The notes: generated by a model not told the origin, from the letters alone. Positions 51,041 through 64,000 are shown, numbered from the stretch's first letter. The stretch is DNA of 64,000 bases from Octopus sinensis (GCF_006345805.1 NC_043006.1:84568001-84632000), one strand, 5' to 3'. Numbers and translations: made by a program.

Positions 51041-53120
51041 TTGATCACAGTCACTAATAGATATTTTGGTACACACTTTGTATTATTGATCAGTTCGATC
51101 CCTAGCACAGGTACAAAGGAAGAACGGATGCGATTACATCGACCCCAAACACTTAGCTAATATTTTATTTTATCGACTTCTACCGAAAGATAAAAAAAAG
51201 CAAAGTTAATCTCGGGGGAGTTTGAACACTGAGCCTGAAGGACTGAAACAAATACCTCAAGGCATTTTGTCCGACACTTACCGATTCTGACAATCTGCTA
51301 GTTTATGGTATTGTTTTCTTATATAGGCGCAAAGCCTCAAGTTGGGCTAGGCGGATAGTCGATTATCGAACCCGTTACTAGACCGGTATTGGTTGACTCT
51401 TTAAGATATCAACCCCACTGAAGAACTATGGTTATCGATATGACCAACCTCAGAAAATTAAAACAAATTTGACTTCTGTATTCTTTGATTTCAGACTGTA
51501 AAGAGCCGTAAATTAATCCAGCAAGGTACTTTGTCCGACGCTCTACCGACTTTAACTTATCTACCGTCATGGGTTCGTGCTTTATTTTATGGATCCTAGA
51601 AGAAAAATTGCAAAGTTGACACCAATTCTGCTAAATCCTCGTCCTCATGATTAATTTCAACACAAATGTCTTGATTTCTTTGATAAAGGTATTTTAAATT
51701 TATGGAGATGACGAAATTGGCTGGTCTAGACATTCACTGCGACATTTATCAGTTTTCATTATTCATTAAAACTGTTTGGAAAAATGTCAAAACTTTGAAA
51801 ATGTATTCTACGGGAATAATGAACGGCCAACAGGAGAGAAATCAATGAAAATTTACATACACAGATGCATACGTACATACATACATACATACATACATAC
51901 ATACATACATACATACATACATACATGCACACACACACACACACTCATACATATATGTATGTATTTGTGTGTATGTATGTCTGTATATATGTATGCAGGC
52001 ATGTGTGTGCACATAATATATAGACACACACACTCACACACACACTTAGCCATATTTATGTATATATCATATACATATATGTAGACATACACGTATCAAT
52101 CTATCTATCTACTTATCTATCTATCGATCCATTGATTGTGTGTGTATGTCTGAGTGTGTACACACACACACATATGCAGAGATAAATAACCAACTCTATC
52201 TTAACATTAAATAGCATACGATGAGTCAATGAGTCAACCGCTGGACAGTCAGGAATAAGAGTCAGGTAAGCACATTCTATCAAGTTATTGTTGCTATTAT
52301 TGCTGTTGTTGTTGTTTTTGCGTATGTTAAAGGAATATATACTGGAGAAATCTCTTTGAACTTTTGATTTCTGAAATGAAGCACAAATTAGGAAGTGTTA
52401 GTCGATTTAACAGGCTCCCAGTACATGACTAAGGCGTCGAAATGGCAGAGTCATTTGAGTAGTGTTACCCAACCGTGATGCTCCCGGAATCCTAGCGATA
52501 CATATGCTAATTATATGCAAATGCATTTTCCAGTCCATTTTGTGTTCAATCCTATATTCGTAATTATATTCGTAATTATATTATACACGCACGACAAATT
52601 CCAAATATTGATATTTGTAGGTAGTTATGAGACCCTTCCGGGGGAAAAATGACCTTTTAATGTCGATTTATAAAATGAATTGAATAGGGAATTGATCTAA
52701 GCAGGGTTTCTGTTAAGAAGGAATTTGTCGAACCTTCTTTGAGTTGTTTGATGGACTTAGCATTATCAAACCCTTCAAAGCCGGCTTTATGAGTTTGTTT
52801 AATCTTCTATGTTATTTAACTTTCTGAAAGAGAATATAGAAGATAAAGAAAGGTGTATATAATGTTCGTATTAGGGTTCTCTGAGACATAAAATGCATTC
52901 CAAGGAATCCTCAAGAATAAAAATGGCTAGGAGACTCTGTGTTAGAGTATCAGATAGGATGTCTTGTGCTATCAGTTTCGGCGTTCTCCGCTCTGAGTTC
53001 AAAACTCGCTGAGGTCAACTTTTCCTTTCGTCCTTACGAGATCGATGAATTAGCTATCAGTTAGGTACTTGGAATGATTATTCTCCTGTCTGTTTCATTC
53101 TCTCTCTCTCTTTGTCTCTT

Positions 53121-53153
<33 letters not shown>

Positions 53154-53181
53154 CTCCTACTACCTACCTACCTACCTATAA

Positions 53182-53224
<43 letters not shown>

Positions 53225-53294
53225 CGTAGCCTTCTCATTTCTCTCTTCTCTCTCTCTTCTTCTACACGACAGACAGACAGACAGACAGACAGAC

Positions 53295-53327
<33 letters not shown>

Positions 53328-53337
<10 letters not shown>

Positions 53338-53708
53338 ATAGATTAGAATGGCTAAGTTACCCTGTGATGAGGAGAGGTATTAGAGGAACGTTCACAGCAC
53401 TTCCTTTCCCACTAAAATTGTAAAGGATCGAACAGGGAACTATCAACGTCTGCTTCTGGAGAAATATAGAAAAGAAATGTGACATATCACTGAAGACGTC
53501 CAAGCATGGCCCGATGCGCAATACATTAAGAAGCGGAAGTGAAAAAGTATTTGATTGTAATTTAATTTCATCAATCCTGGAAGAATGAAATATTACGTTT
53601 AATCCCGGTGCGATTTGAACCCAGAATAATTAACAATAGTCGGAGTCTCCAAAGTAGACGCTATTACTTAACCGCTTAGCATTCAGTTATTCACGGTGTT
53701 TGAAATTA
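53328..53708 (+). repeat. Left arm of a 381-bp inverted duplication
   Basis: Colinear reverse complement of 55868-56248; 1 mismatch seen in 53328-53679. Confidence 0.95.
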
Positions 53709-54232
53709 GCTTCGAAATTTCGATGATGTGATCGTTTCTTTTAAGAGTGACATTGTAGAATAGACGTGAGAAGAGAGATCTTTGGGACAAACCGCAAGTT
53801 TGCTCTCACTGAGTCTATAATGATGAAAGGCTTTCCAGCTGTGATCGTCAGTGTTTTTCCTATGTACTAGAACTCAGTATCATGTTATCCAACGTGCACT
53901 TTTTTATTTTTAAGACTGTAGGATGTAATTTGAGGGAGATTTAGCAGCTATTTATACCAGGTCGAGTAACCATAAAGAGACTTCTTGTTGATACCAGTAC
54001 CGCACAGTCGCGTAGCTTAGTGGTTAGAGCATTCGGCTCATGATCGTCAAGTGGGGAGTTTGATTCTCGGCGACGCGTTGTGTCTTTGAGCAAGATACTT
54101 TATTTCACATTGCTCCAGTCCACTCAGCTGGAAAAATGAGTAATACCTGCATTTCAAAGGGCCAGCCTTGTCACGGTGTGTGTCACGCTGATTCTCCCTG
54201 AGATCTACGTTAAGGATATGCGTGTCTTAAGG

Positions 54233-54466
54233 GGCGGCGAGCTGGCAGAAACGTTAGCACGCCGGGCTAAATGCTTAGTGGTATTTCGTCTGCCGTTACG
54301 TTCTGAGTTCAAATTCCGCGAGGTCGACTTTGCCTTTCATCCTTTCGGGGTCAATTAAATAAGTACCAGTTACGCACTGGGGTCGATGTAATCGACGTAA
54401 TCCGTTTGTCTGTCCGTGTTTGTCCTCTCTGTGTTAGCCCCTTGTGGGTTGTAAAGAAATAGGTAT
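54233..54466 (+). mobile_element. SINE family A, full length
   Basis: Same head, core and tail as 7128. Confidence 0.9.
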
Positions 54467-55867
54467 GTGTGTCTGTGGAGTGCTCAGCCACATGGACTTT
54501 AATTTCACGAGCAGGCTCTTCCATTAGTCGGATCAACTGGAACAGCCGCCGTCTTAAGCGATAGGGTGCTAGTTATTTTCTTTTTTTCTTCTTTTTATTA
54601 CTGTACAGTTGTGGTAAGCTATCAGCAAGTTGAGCCTGCGGCACAGGTTCGATTCACGCTCCATGTCCGCTTCCGAAATGTATCTGCAACCTTTAAGTGT
54701 TATTAATTGTCCGGGAAGTTAAGTTCTTCATCAGACTAGATCAATAACTGTCAACACACCACCTTCGAATGAGAAATTAACAACCAAATACGAAAGATTT
54801 TGTTTGTCTGCACTAGTTTAATACTAAACTGTACAGGTTCGATTCCTTGTTGAGTGACTAGTTTATTTCACTTTACTTTTCTTGAATTGTATCAACGAGA
54901 AATCTAGTTTTAAATCACTTTCCCGAAGATAGATGTCCTCCTGGATAACTGTATAATATTGCACGAGGAAGTCTCTTCACAATATTGATCTTCCTAGAAA
55001 TAGCAACCAAATTCCCTCAAATCAAACTTTACCGTTAGACAGATACGTCAAACAATATTCATTAGAAACAAATAGAGAGAATGGACAGAGCTGGAATGCT
55101 TTTGTCATTCCATGTAAACATCGAAAGTTACTATAAGAACAAGTCAAACCGAGCTGTTTTCATGGTAGTAAGGGAGATAGACACAGTTAGGCTCGAGACA
55201 TACTTACATGGACCAAACAATAACGATAACATCACCATCATTGTCATCATCAACAATAATCACATCATAGGGAACAGCGTTTTCATGGGTGACATTAATT
55301 ATCCATTAAGAACCAAGGAATACATAGCTGCTATTTCTAGCAAGTTGTGTGACGCTGTCGCCTTGTTAGCTTGCTTCTATGCTTTTATCACATGGCTGCT
55401 TAATCACAGCTGACCTGGTGTTAAACAACAAGAATAACGGGGAACAGCGCTTTCATTGGTTATTGGTCGTTGATCGTGGGATGCTGACCTCAGAGGGATT
55501 TGAGCATTGAATCTAAACCTGACTCAACCAAATACCGCAAGGCATCTTTAATTTCTAACATGAGTGTACAAATACCCAAATTTGGGACAAAATCAACCAA
55601 GTAAGCTGCTATTTCTAAAAGGGAAAGCGCTAATATCTAGTGAATAGGGAGTTACAGTAATTTAACTTTTATATATTTCAGCGACATCAAATCCTGCGAC
55701 CGATTTAACCCTTTAAAATTCAAAGCGGCCATATCTGACCAAAATATTCTTAACTGTTTTTTATTTATGCCGAAACTGGTCAGATCTTGCCTCTCACACC
55801 CATCCTTTAATGTCACTCTGAAAACAAAGCACCATCGAAATCTCCAAGCTACAAGACAATACATAAT

Positions 55868-56248
55868 TAATTTCAAACAATGTGAATAACTGAATTCTAA
55901 GCGGTTAAGTAATAGCGTCTACTTTGGAGACTCCGACTATTGTTAATTATTCTGGGTTCAAATCGCACCGGGATTAAACGTAATATTTCATTCTTCCAGG
56001 ATTGATGAAATTAAATTACAATCAAATACTTTTTCACTTCCGCTTCTTAATGTATTGCGCATCGGGCCATGCTTGGACGTCTTCAGTGATATGTCACATT
56101 TCTTTTCTATATTTCTCCAGAAGCAGACGTTGATAGTTCCCTGTTCGATCCTTTACAATTTTAGTGGGAAAGGAAGTGCTGTGAACGTTCCTCTAATACC
56201 TCTCCTCATCACAGTGTAACTTAGCCATTCTAATCTATTCTATCTATC
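55868..56248 (-). repeat. Right arm of the 381-bp inverted duplication
   Basis: See 53328-53708. Confidence 0.95.
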
Positions 56249-56267
56249 AATCTAACTATCTATCTAA

Positions 56268-56346
<79 letters not shown>

Positions 56347-56388
56347 GCTAGCTATCTAACCTATCTATCTATGTATATATATGTATTG

Positions 56389-56455
<67 letters not shown>

Positions 56456-56750
56456 ATATATAATATATATAGAAAATAAAAGCATTAAGATTCAAGTCAA
56501 TTCTAATGAATTTACTTGAATGCGGTACTTAACTTAGATGCACCAAAAACTATATGGTGTTAACCATACAGTAATGTGGGGTGATTATAAACAAGAAAGA
56601 AGCAACAAGAATGGATTAGTTTTTAGTACAATTGCAACTTTTAATTTGCAACTTTTAATAAAGCCTGTCTTTGTATGAAACAATTGTACTAAAAACTAAT
56701 CCATTCTTGTTGCTTCTTTCTCGTATATATATATATATTATGTATATATT

Positions 56751-56823
<73 letters not shown>

Positions 56824-57181
56824 GTCTATCTTATCGTCGAGAGACTTCGAATAACAGTTAAATCTTCTTCAAAGTACATCATATCGATTACCAACCAACC
56901 AGAGACCACCTTCAGTTCCATGATACAAATTGATCTAGATTAAAACCTTTCTTCAAAATATTTTATGGTACCCCGTGTCCCGAACACAACACAAGGCGGT
57001 GAGTTGGCAGAATCAGCACACCGGGTAAAATGCTTAGCAACATTTCGTCCCTCTTTACGTTCTGAGTTCAAATTCCGCCGAGGTTGACTTTGTCTTTCGT
57101 CCATGCGGTGTCGATAAAATAAATACCAGTTGAATGGTCTCTTCAGTTTTGCTAACAGATTATTTATCTTTTTTTTTTAAC

Positions 57182-57808
57182 TAAACAGGTTGAAACTTAG
57201 TATACTGGTGTAATTTCTCACGCTGAACATGGTTTACTTGTAATATTTTTGACAAAATTTCGTATTTTAGAAATTGTCATATTTGGGTAATTTTAACCAA
57301 TCAACAACGTGTATCAGCTGAAGAAAGCTATTGTTGTATGCGATAGTAATCGAAGAACAACATCTTCCGAATCATCTCTACTAAATGTCACAACTATGTT
57401 CTGTTTTATTTTTGTTTACAGCCTGTGTTACATATTACACGCTTTGTTTTTGTTTTGCTTTTCGATCGCCTCTTTAAACGATTAGTGAAAATGAAAATGA
57501 CAAAGAGGCGATCGAAAAGCCAAAAAAAAAGTGTTTAATATGCATCACAAGCAGTAAACAAAAATAAAATAGAACAAAGTGGTGACATTTAGTAGTGATG
57601 TCCCGAGAGTTGTTGCTCTTCCATTACTATCGCATACAGCAGTAGCTTGCTTCAGCTGAATACACGTCGTTGATTGGCTAAAATCACCCAAATACGACAA
57701 CTTTAACACGAAATAACTTCTAAAATACGAAATTTTGTCAAAAATGTTGAAAGTAGACCGTGTTCAGCGTGAGTAATTACACCAGTATACGAAGTTTCAA
57801 ACTGTTTA
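57182..57808. mobile_element. 627-bp foldback (palindromic MITE-like) element
   Basis: Arms 57182-57475 and 57502-57808 are diverged reverse complements along their whole length; loop about 26 nt. Confidence 0.88.
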
Positions 57809-58032
57809 CTTTTTTACTCTTGTACTCGTTTCAGTCATTTGACTGAGGCCATGCTGGAGCACCGCCTTTTAGTCGAGCAAATCGACCCCTGGACTTATTC
57901 TTTGCAAGCCTGGTTCTTATTCTATCGGACTCTTTTGCCGAACCGCTAGGTGACGGGGTCGTAAACACACCAGCATCGGTTGTCAAGCGATGTTGGGGGG
58001 ACAAAAACAGGCACCCAAACATACACACACAA

Positions 58033-58073
<41 letters not shown>

Positions 58074-58090
58074 ATATATATCTACTATAT

Positions 58091-58167
<77 letters not shown>

Positions 58168-58337
58168 CATATACATCTATACGACAGGCTTCTTTCAGTT
58201 TCTGTCTGCCAAATCCACTCACAAGGCTTTGGTGGGCCCCGAGGCTATAGTAGAAGACATTTGCCCAAGGTGCCACGCAAGGGGAATGTACCCGGAACCA
58301 TGTGGTTGGTAAGCAAGCTACTTACCACACAGCCGCT
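57809..58337 (-). mobile_element. SINE family B, full length with an expanded internal microsatellite; a diverged + copy follows at about 58553-58915
   Basis: Family B motifs. Confidence 0.9.
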
Positions 58338-59921
58338 CAAAAAAAAATTAAAATAATTAAAAAAATCTGTGAGCGAAACTGAAGAGATCCCCAGTTGAGT
58401 AACGTGCGTTGATGTAATCGACTTAATTCCTCACTTGATATTGTTGGCCATTTAACAAAATTTGAAACTAACCTATGCTCCAAACCACAGTTTAAAAATA
58501 ACAAAGACGTTTTTATAAACTGCTTCCTTATTTTTTAAATTAATTGAAGTAATGGGCGCAGGCATGGCTATATGGTTAAGAAGCTCGCTTTGCACTCACG
58601 TGGTTTCGCGTTCGTTCCCACTGCGCGGCACCTTGAGCAAGTGTCTTCTACCATAATTTCTACCAAAGCCTTATGAGTGAATTTAGTCGAAAGAAACTGT
58701 GTGGAATCCCGTCGTTTTATATGTATTTGTCCCCACCACTGATTAACAATAACCGGTGTTCGTTTGTTTACGTACCCCGTAACATAGCTGTCCCACAATA
58801 GAGACCAATGGAATAAATGCCAGACATACAAATTATGTACTGGTGTTCAACGTTTCAAATCGGTGTCGCAGCCCAATGACGAAAACATAAAACATAAAAG
58901 ATAAAAGGCAATGCATTTCAACAAAAGGTCTTTAAAAAATGGGAACGACACACATGATGGTCATGGGTGGCGCGTATTTGAAATCATGAGTCTGCACAGT
59001 CAGAGTAGACCAGGACTAAACAACAATGAAATACCAGTTTCTGACTGCTAAACAACGAAGATAGAACGTCACTATTTCAAAGTTTCTGTTATAATCATTT
59101 AATAATTTAATAATCATTTAATAATAATTAATTTTTTTTTTCGTTGAACTGTTTAGTTTATATTAATACTCGCCGAATACGATGCTAAGGAATTAAATGA
59201 CTCGGACTCGATCCAAATATAACGGACAATCATGTCTCCGTAAAGAAAAATGTATTACTACTACTAATAATAAAGCAGAAGATATTTATTACGTCGTTAC
59301 AATCGGTGAATAAGAATTAGTATTTTTAGAGTCAAAACTAAAATGGCGTTGTATAGTAGCCAAGTTTTTATCTCACATACCATCTCTCTTGTCACTGACG
59401 GAGATGATTTATAGCATTACATGATGATTTCTTTATTACGCATCAGCTATCATTTCATTAACCTGACGATAGTCTAGTTGTCGTCATCGTCTGCTGTCTA
59501 TTGACTGGCCAATGTTTCAATCGACACGACGAACAAACAACAGCCCTAACAGACAAACAAACAAAAAAAAAAAAAAGAAGAAATGTTTGAGTCAGTCAGT
59601 ACATTGCGTAAAAGAAGAAATAGAAAGAAAAGAAAAGCAGTGTGACATGTTTCGGTACTAACATTCTGAAGGACAGTGGTTGTGATGGAAGAGACATTAT
59701 TGTGAGAATATATCAATTATTTACGATATGATCTTTATGTAAAACATACATAATTTGTCTTTTTAGCTTGTTATTTTATTATATTTTATTTACTCATTTC
59801 TCTATATATATTTCTGTTTTTCAGTGAAGGTTAAAAGAAGAAAAAATTGCTTCTGCGCGGTGTTGTTATAGAGAGAATCCGTCAAGAATTCTTTAGCAAA
59901 AACGAACTCATTTACCGCATG

Positions 59922-60021
<100 letters not shown>

Positions 60022-60059
60022 TAATAATAATAATAATAACAACAACAACCACACATTTG

Positions 60060-60232
60060 TGGGAAGGGGAGTAGTCGATTACAGCGAACCGAGTTTATCC
60101 CTGGTGCTTAATTTATCGACCCGAAAAGATGGAAGGCAAAGTCGACCTAGGTGGAATTTGAACTTAGAACTTAACGATGGACGAAATGCCGCTAAGCATT
60201 TTATCCGGCGTGCTAACGATTCTGCCAGCTCT
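60060..60232 (-). mobile_element. SINE family A next to a long (AAT)n array (about 59920-60040)
   Basis: Core and head motifs. Confidence 0.8.
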
Positions 60233-60237
60233 CAACC

Positions 60238-60277
<40 letters not shown>

Positions 60278-60279
<2 letters not shown>

Positions 60280-60570
60280 CTGAGACCCCCTTCGGTCATC
60301 ACTGACCGTGGGATTGCGCCTAGAAAGATACCCTCCCGGGCACAAGTCCGGGCAAGGTTGTTTATGGAAGACCAGCAGTAGCCCATGCATACCAGCCTCC
60401 CCTCTCCACGCCACCGGTGTTATCCAAGGGAAAGGCAACGGCCGATACAGCTTGGCACCAGTGACATCGCTACTCATTTCTATAGCTGAGTGAACTGGAG
60501 CAACGTGAAATAGTGTCTTGCTCAAGAACATAACACAGAGCCCGGTCCGGGATTCGAACTCACAACTCAC
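60278..60570 (-). mobile_element. SINE family G (E-like core, distinct tail, (ATT)n end)
   Basis: B-box-like GAGTTCGAATCCC, core TTCTTGAGCAAGACACT, and an (AAT)n run at 60238-60277. Confidence 0.78.
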
Positions 60571-61900
60571 AATCGTAAACCAACCAACCAGCCGACCCAC
60601 CGACAAACCAACCAACTAGCCAAACAACCGACAAACCAGCTAACCAGCCGATTCACGACCAACCGACAAACGAGCCAACTAGCCGACCCACGGACCAACC
60701 AACCAACCAGCCGACCAACCGACAAACCAACCAACCAGCCGACCCACGACCAACCGACAAACCAACCAACCAGCCAACCAACTGACAAACCAACCAACCA
60801 GCCGACACATGACCAACCGACAAACCAGCCAACCAGCCGATCCACGACGCAACTGACAAAAACCAACCAACCAGCCGATCCACCGACCAACCAACCAACC
60901 AGCCAACCAACCGGCAAACCAGCCAACCAGCCGATACACGACCAACCGACAAACCAGCCAACCAGCCGATACACGACCAACCGACAAAATAACCAGCCAG
61001 CCGACCCACCGACCAACCAACCAACCAGCCAACCAGCCGGCAAACCAACCAACCAGCCGATACACGACCAACCGACAAACCAGCCAACCAGCCGATACAC
61101 GACCAACCGACAAGCCGGCCAACCAGCCGATACACGACCAACCGACAAAACAACCAACCAGCCACCAACCGACCAACCGACAAACCAACCAACCATTCAC
61201 CCAACCGACAAACCAACCAGCCAGCCGACACATGACCAACCGAAAAACCAACCAGCTAGCCGACCCACCGACAAACCAACCAACCAACCAGCCAACCAAC
61301 CGACAAACCAACCAACCAGCCGACACATGACCAACCGACAAACCAGCCAACCAGCCAACAACCGACAAACCAGCCAACCAGCCGACACATGACCAACCGA
61401 CAAACCAGCCAACCAGCCAACCAACCGACAAACCAACCAACCAGCCGACACATGACCAACCGACAAACCAGCCAACCAGCCGATCCACGATAACCGACAA
61501 ACCAGCCAACCAGCCGATCCACGACAAACCAACCAACCAACCAACCAGCCGACCCACCGACCAACCAACCAACCATCCAACCAACCGACAAATCAGCCAA
61601 CCAGCCGACACATGACCAACCGACAAACCAGCCAACCATCCGATCCACGACCAACTGACAAACCAACCAACCAGCCGACCCACCGACCAACCAACCAACC
61701 ATCCAACCAACCGACAAATCAGCCAACCATCCGACACATGACCAACCGACAAACCAGCCAACCAGCCGTTCCACGACCAGCCGACAAACCAATCAACCAG
61801 CCGACCCACCGACCGACCAACCATCGAACCAACTGACAAACCAACCAACCAACCGACCCACCGACCTGTCAACCATCCGACCCACCGGCCAACCAGCCAA
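60570..61900. repeat. ~1.3-kb (CCAA)-derived minisatellite with ~35-bp higher-order units
   Basis: Unit ACCAGCCAACCAGCCGATACACGACCAACCGACAA and variants. Confidence 0.92.
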
Positions 61901-62634
61901 CACTTCTGTTGACTGTTATTTTTATATAAAGGTCACTGAATAAAAGATGGTTTGGTCACGACTGGATGTCTTCGATCATAGACCTGTTCGATTAGGCTTT
62001 CGTGAGGGCTGGACAATAACAACAACAACAAAATGTATTTAATACGACCGATTTTCTCTAGAATTAGGAACCAGGCGTTGTTTGCGTGAGTATGGCACAG
62101 GCATTGTGAAATAGCAGCAACATGTCGGGAAGAAGAGTTTCCACTTAGATTTTAATACAGGATCTTTCGTAAACCTCAATCTCTGGTGCTGGGGTCGGGG
62201 GTGTGGTGGGGGACTTTGATATTGCTGACATCTCTTCTCTTTTACCTGCTGCAATACAATGAAGGCTGTTGTTGTTGATGTTGGTGGTGATGGTGGTGGT
62301 GTTTGAGATAGTAGTGGTGATGGTGGTGGCAATGGTTGTAGTGGTGGTGGTGTTCATGGTTTTGGTGGTCGTGGCGTTGTTTACCTCCGGCGTCTGCCCA
62401 AACCAAACAATTCTTTTCTTTTTGCAGCCATTTCTCCGTTCTGTTTTTTCATTTAAAATTTTTTTATTATTTTCAGCCATATTGCCTTTGAGATATAACG
62501 AAGATTCGATTCATATCGAAGTCAATTTTAATATTGGATTTACAAGGGCCCAAATCAGTGGTTCCCAACAGAAGTTAATTTGATAGTTGGAGGTCCATGT
62601 ACGATTGCTTTGAGATCTATCTGCCATCCGTTCA

Positions 62635-62778
62635 GGCGTAGCTGTGTGGTAAGAAGATTGCTTCCCAACCACATGGTTCCACGTTCAGTCCCATAGCGTA
62701 GGATCATCGGCAAGTGTGTTCTACTATAGGCTCAGGACGACCAAAGCCTTGTGAGTGGATTTGGTAGAAAGAAGCCCG

Positions 62779-62780
<2 letters not shown>
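62635..62780 (+). mobile_element. SINE family B, head
   Basis: GGCGTAGCTGTGTGGTAAG...GTTCAGTCCCA...GAAGCCCG. Confidence 0.8.
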
Positions 62781-62818
<38 letters not shown>

Positions 62819-63038
62819 GTGTGTGCGTGTGTGTGTGCGTGCGTGTGTGTGTCAATAAGACCCCAATGTGTCAAGTAATGCTGAGTAAGTGCTATGGGAA
62901 GTTCATCTCCAAGTTCGGTGATTATGCGAATGAGGATACAATATCCCTGCATATCTCACATCTATTTTCATTCCTCCACTTCACTCTCTATTTCATATCT
63001 TAACTAGAATAACTATTGTTTAACCATTTTCTCACGCC

Positions 63039-63086
63039 GTCTCCGATGAAGGAATATATAAAATATCCCGGAAACAGCTGTAAGGC
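63039..63086 (+). ncRNA. Hammerhead motif with a U4C core change
   Basis: GTCT-CCGATGA-A-GGAATAT..ATATCCC-G-GAA-ACAGCTGT-A-AGGC: helix I GTCT/AGGC and an 8-nt palindromic helix III. Confidence 0.55.
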
Positions 63087-63111
63087 TTATTTATAAATGT
63101 TCTGAAACGAC

Positions 63112-63255
63112 CTAGGTCATTTTATCGAAAATGTTTGGCGAGCCGCTAAGTTATTTTATCGATCATGTTTGGCGAATCGCTAAGTCATTTTATAGATCTC
63201 GTGTGGCGAAACGCTAGGTCATTTTATCGACCTCGTTTGGCGAACCGCTAAGTCA
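63112..63255. repeat. 34-bp minisatellite (about 4.2 copies)
   Basis: Unit starts at 63112, 63146, 63180, 63214 and 63248. Confidence 0.9.
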
Positions 63256-63392
63256 GCCGACGATTCTCAGCATCCACATTTTGGTCTCAATAAGACCCCA
63301 AGGTGTCAGGTAATGCTGAGTAAGTGCTATGCTAAGCTCCAGGATCGGTGATTACCTTAGGAATGAGAATCCAGGTTTGAAATTTCCCCAAG

Positions 63393-63436
63393 ACACCTGA
63401 TGAAAGCTGAAGGGTATATCAACAGAAACGTTGTGT
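63393..63436 (+). ncRNA. Hammerhead motif, core intact, helix II decayed
   Basis: ACAC-CTGATGA-A-AGCTG..CAACA-GAA-ACGT-T-GTGT with a perfect ACAC/GTGT helix I. Confidence 0.6.
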
Positions 63437-63711
63437 TAACAACAAACAAGATGAGGACAAATATCCGTCGAATGTAAATATTATAAATAATGTACATAAT
63501 TCCTCATCTCTTAAATATAGAACTGTATAACTTAAATTGGTGCTTACGTAAAATAATGCAATGAATAATAAATTTCAAAAGAAAATCATTTATTACTTTA
63601 AAATATAATTAAAGAAACCAAATTTCACATTTGTATGCTTCCTCCTCACATAGCCACCCTGTCATTTATTTCCTCTAGTCGGTTTTTACGATCCTTTGTC
63701 TTGCGTGCGCA

Positions 63712-63764
<53 letters not shown>

Positions 63765-63782
63765 CGCCAAGCTTAGTAGGTA

Positions 63783-63996
63783 AAGGGTGTTGAAAAGTTC
63801 CTGGATTTGGGCAAAAGAAAATACAGGAGGATCAGTTAATTATGATTTTATTCAACATAATCGCATCTCAGATCCACTTATTTATTGCAGCCGTCATTCA
63901 GTTTTTCTAAGCCTTTTCAAAGAACACGGAAGGTAGGGCCTCCAGCCTGGCCCTTCGCGACACCTTTAAAGCCAGGAACTTTTCAGCAGACCGTCA
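63783..63996 (-). mobile_element. Mariner-derived MITE, same family as 32518
   Basis: TIRs GGGTGTTGAAAAGTTCCTGG / CCAGGAACTTTTCAGCAGACC; body in reverse orientation. Confidence 0.85.
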
Positions 63997-64000
63997 TATG

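Larger units (their letters stand above)
62852..63530 (+). mobile_element. Two tandem related pseudo-LTR-like units, each with a hammerhead motif
   Basis: Direct repeat TCAATAAGACCCCAA(T/G)GTGTCA(A/G)GTAATGCTGAGTAAGTGCTATG at 62852 and 63287. Confidence 0.65.

Noticed and set aside
59330-59560. AAAATGGCG (YY1-like) and CCAAT motifs suggesting a promoter
   Set aside because: Short motifs expected by chance; no downstream gene evidence.
60679-61872. 397-aa minus-strand ORF (W/L/V/G-rich)
   Set aside because: It is the stop-free reading of the CCAA-derived minisatellite; overlapping ORFs in several frames show it is compositional.
63112-63255. CRISPR-like regularly spaced repeats
   Set aside because: The units are directly adjacent with no unique spacers, there are no cas genes, and the context is eukaryotic.

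Overview
AT-rich, extremely repeat-dense animal genomic DNA, probably intronic or intergenic, with one 100-N scaffold gap (13116-13215). The SINE families and microsatellite load suggest a coleoid cephalopod (Octopus); this is an inference from recalled repeat families, not a database result. I cannot support any intact host protein-coding exon, true tRNA/rRNA gene or CRISPR array, and almost all ORFs in the track are by-products of microsatellites. What is supported: (1) dozens of tRNA-derived SINE copies in several families, labelled A-G here by me, including dimers, chimeras and close inverted pairs; (2) decayed transposon relics: two R4/Dong-type LINE 3' ends, an RTE LINE 3' end, a Ty3/gypsy gag, two Penelope-like (PLE) fragments, three Tc1/mariner-superfamily relics (one with DD36E spacing), MITEs, and an internally deleted Helitron with both termini; (3) a recent ~380-bp inverted duplication, a ~480-bp tandem duplication, a 627-bp foldback and several minisatellites. 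The most interesting signal is a set of minimal type-I hammerhead ribozyme motifs with palindromic helix III, from several unrelated sequence families. The best one (11472-11542, minus strand) has an intact catalytic core and lies in a 461-bp unit with 90-bp terminal redundancy, which resembles a PLE pseudo-LTR or a retrozyme.
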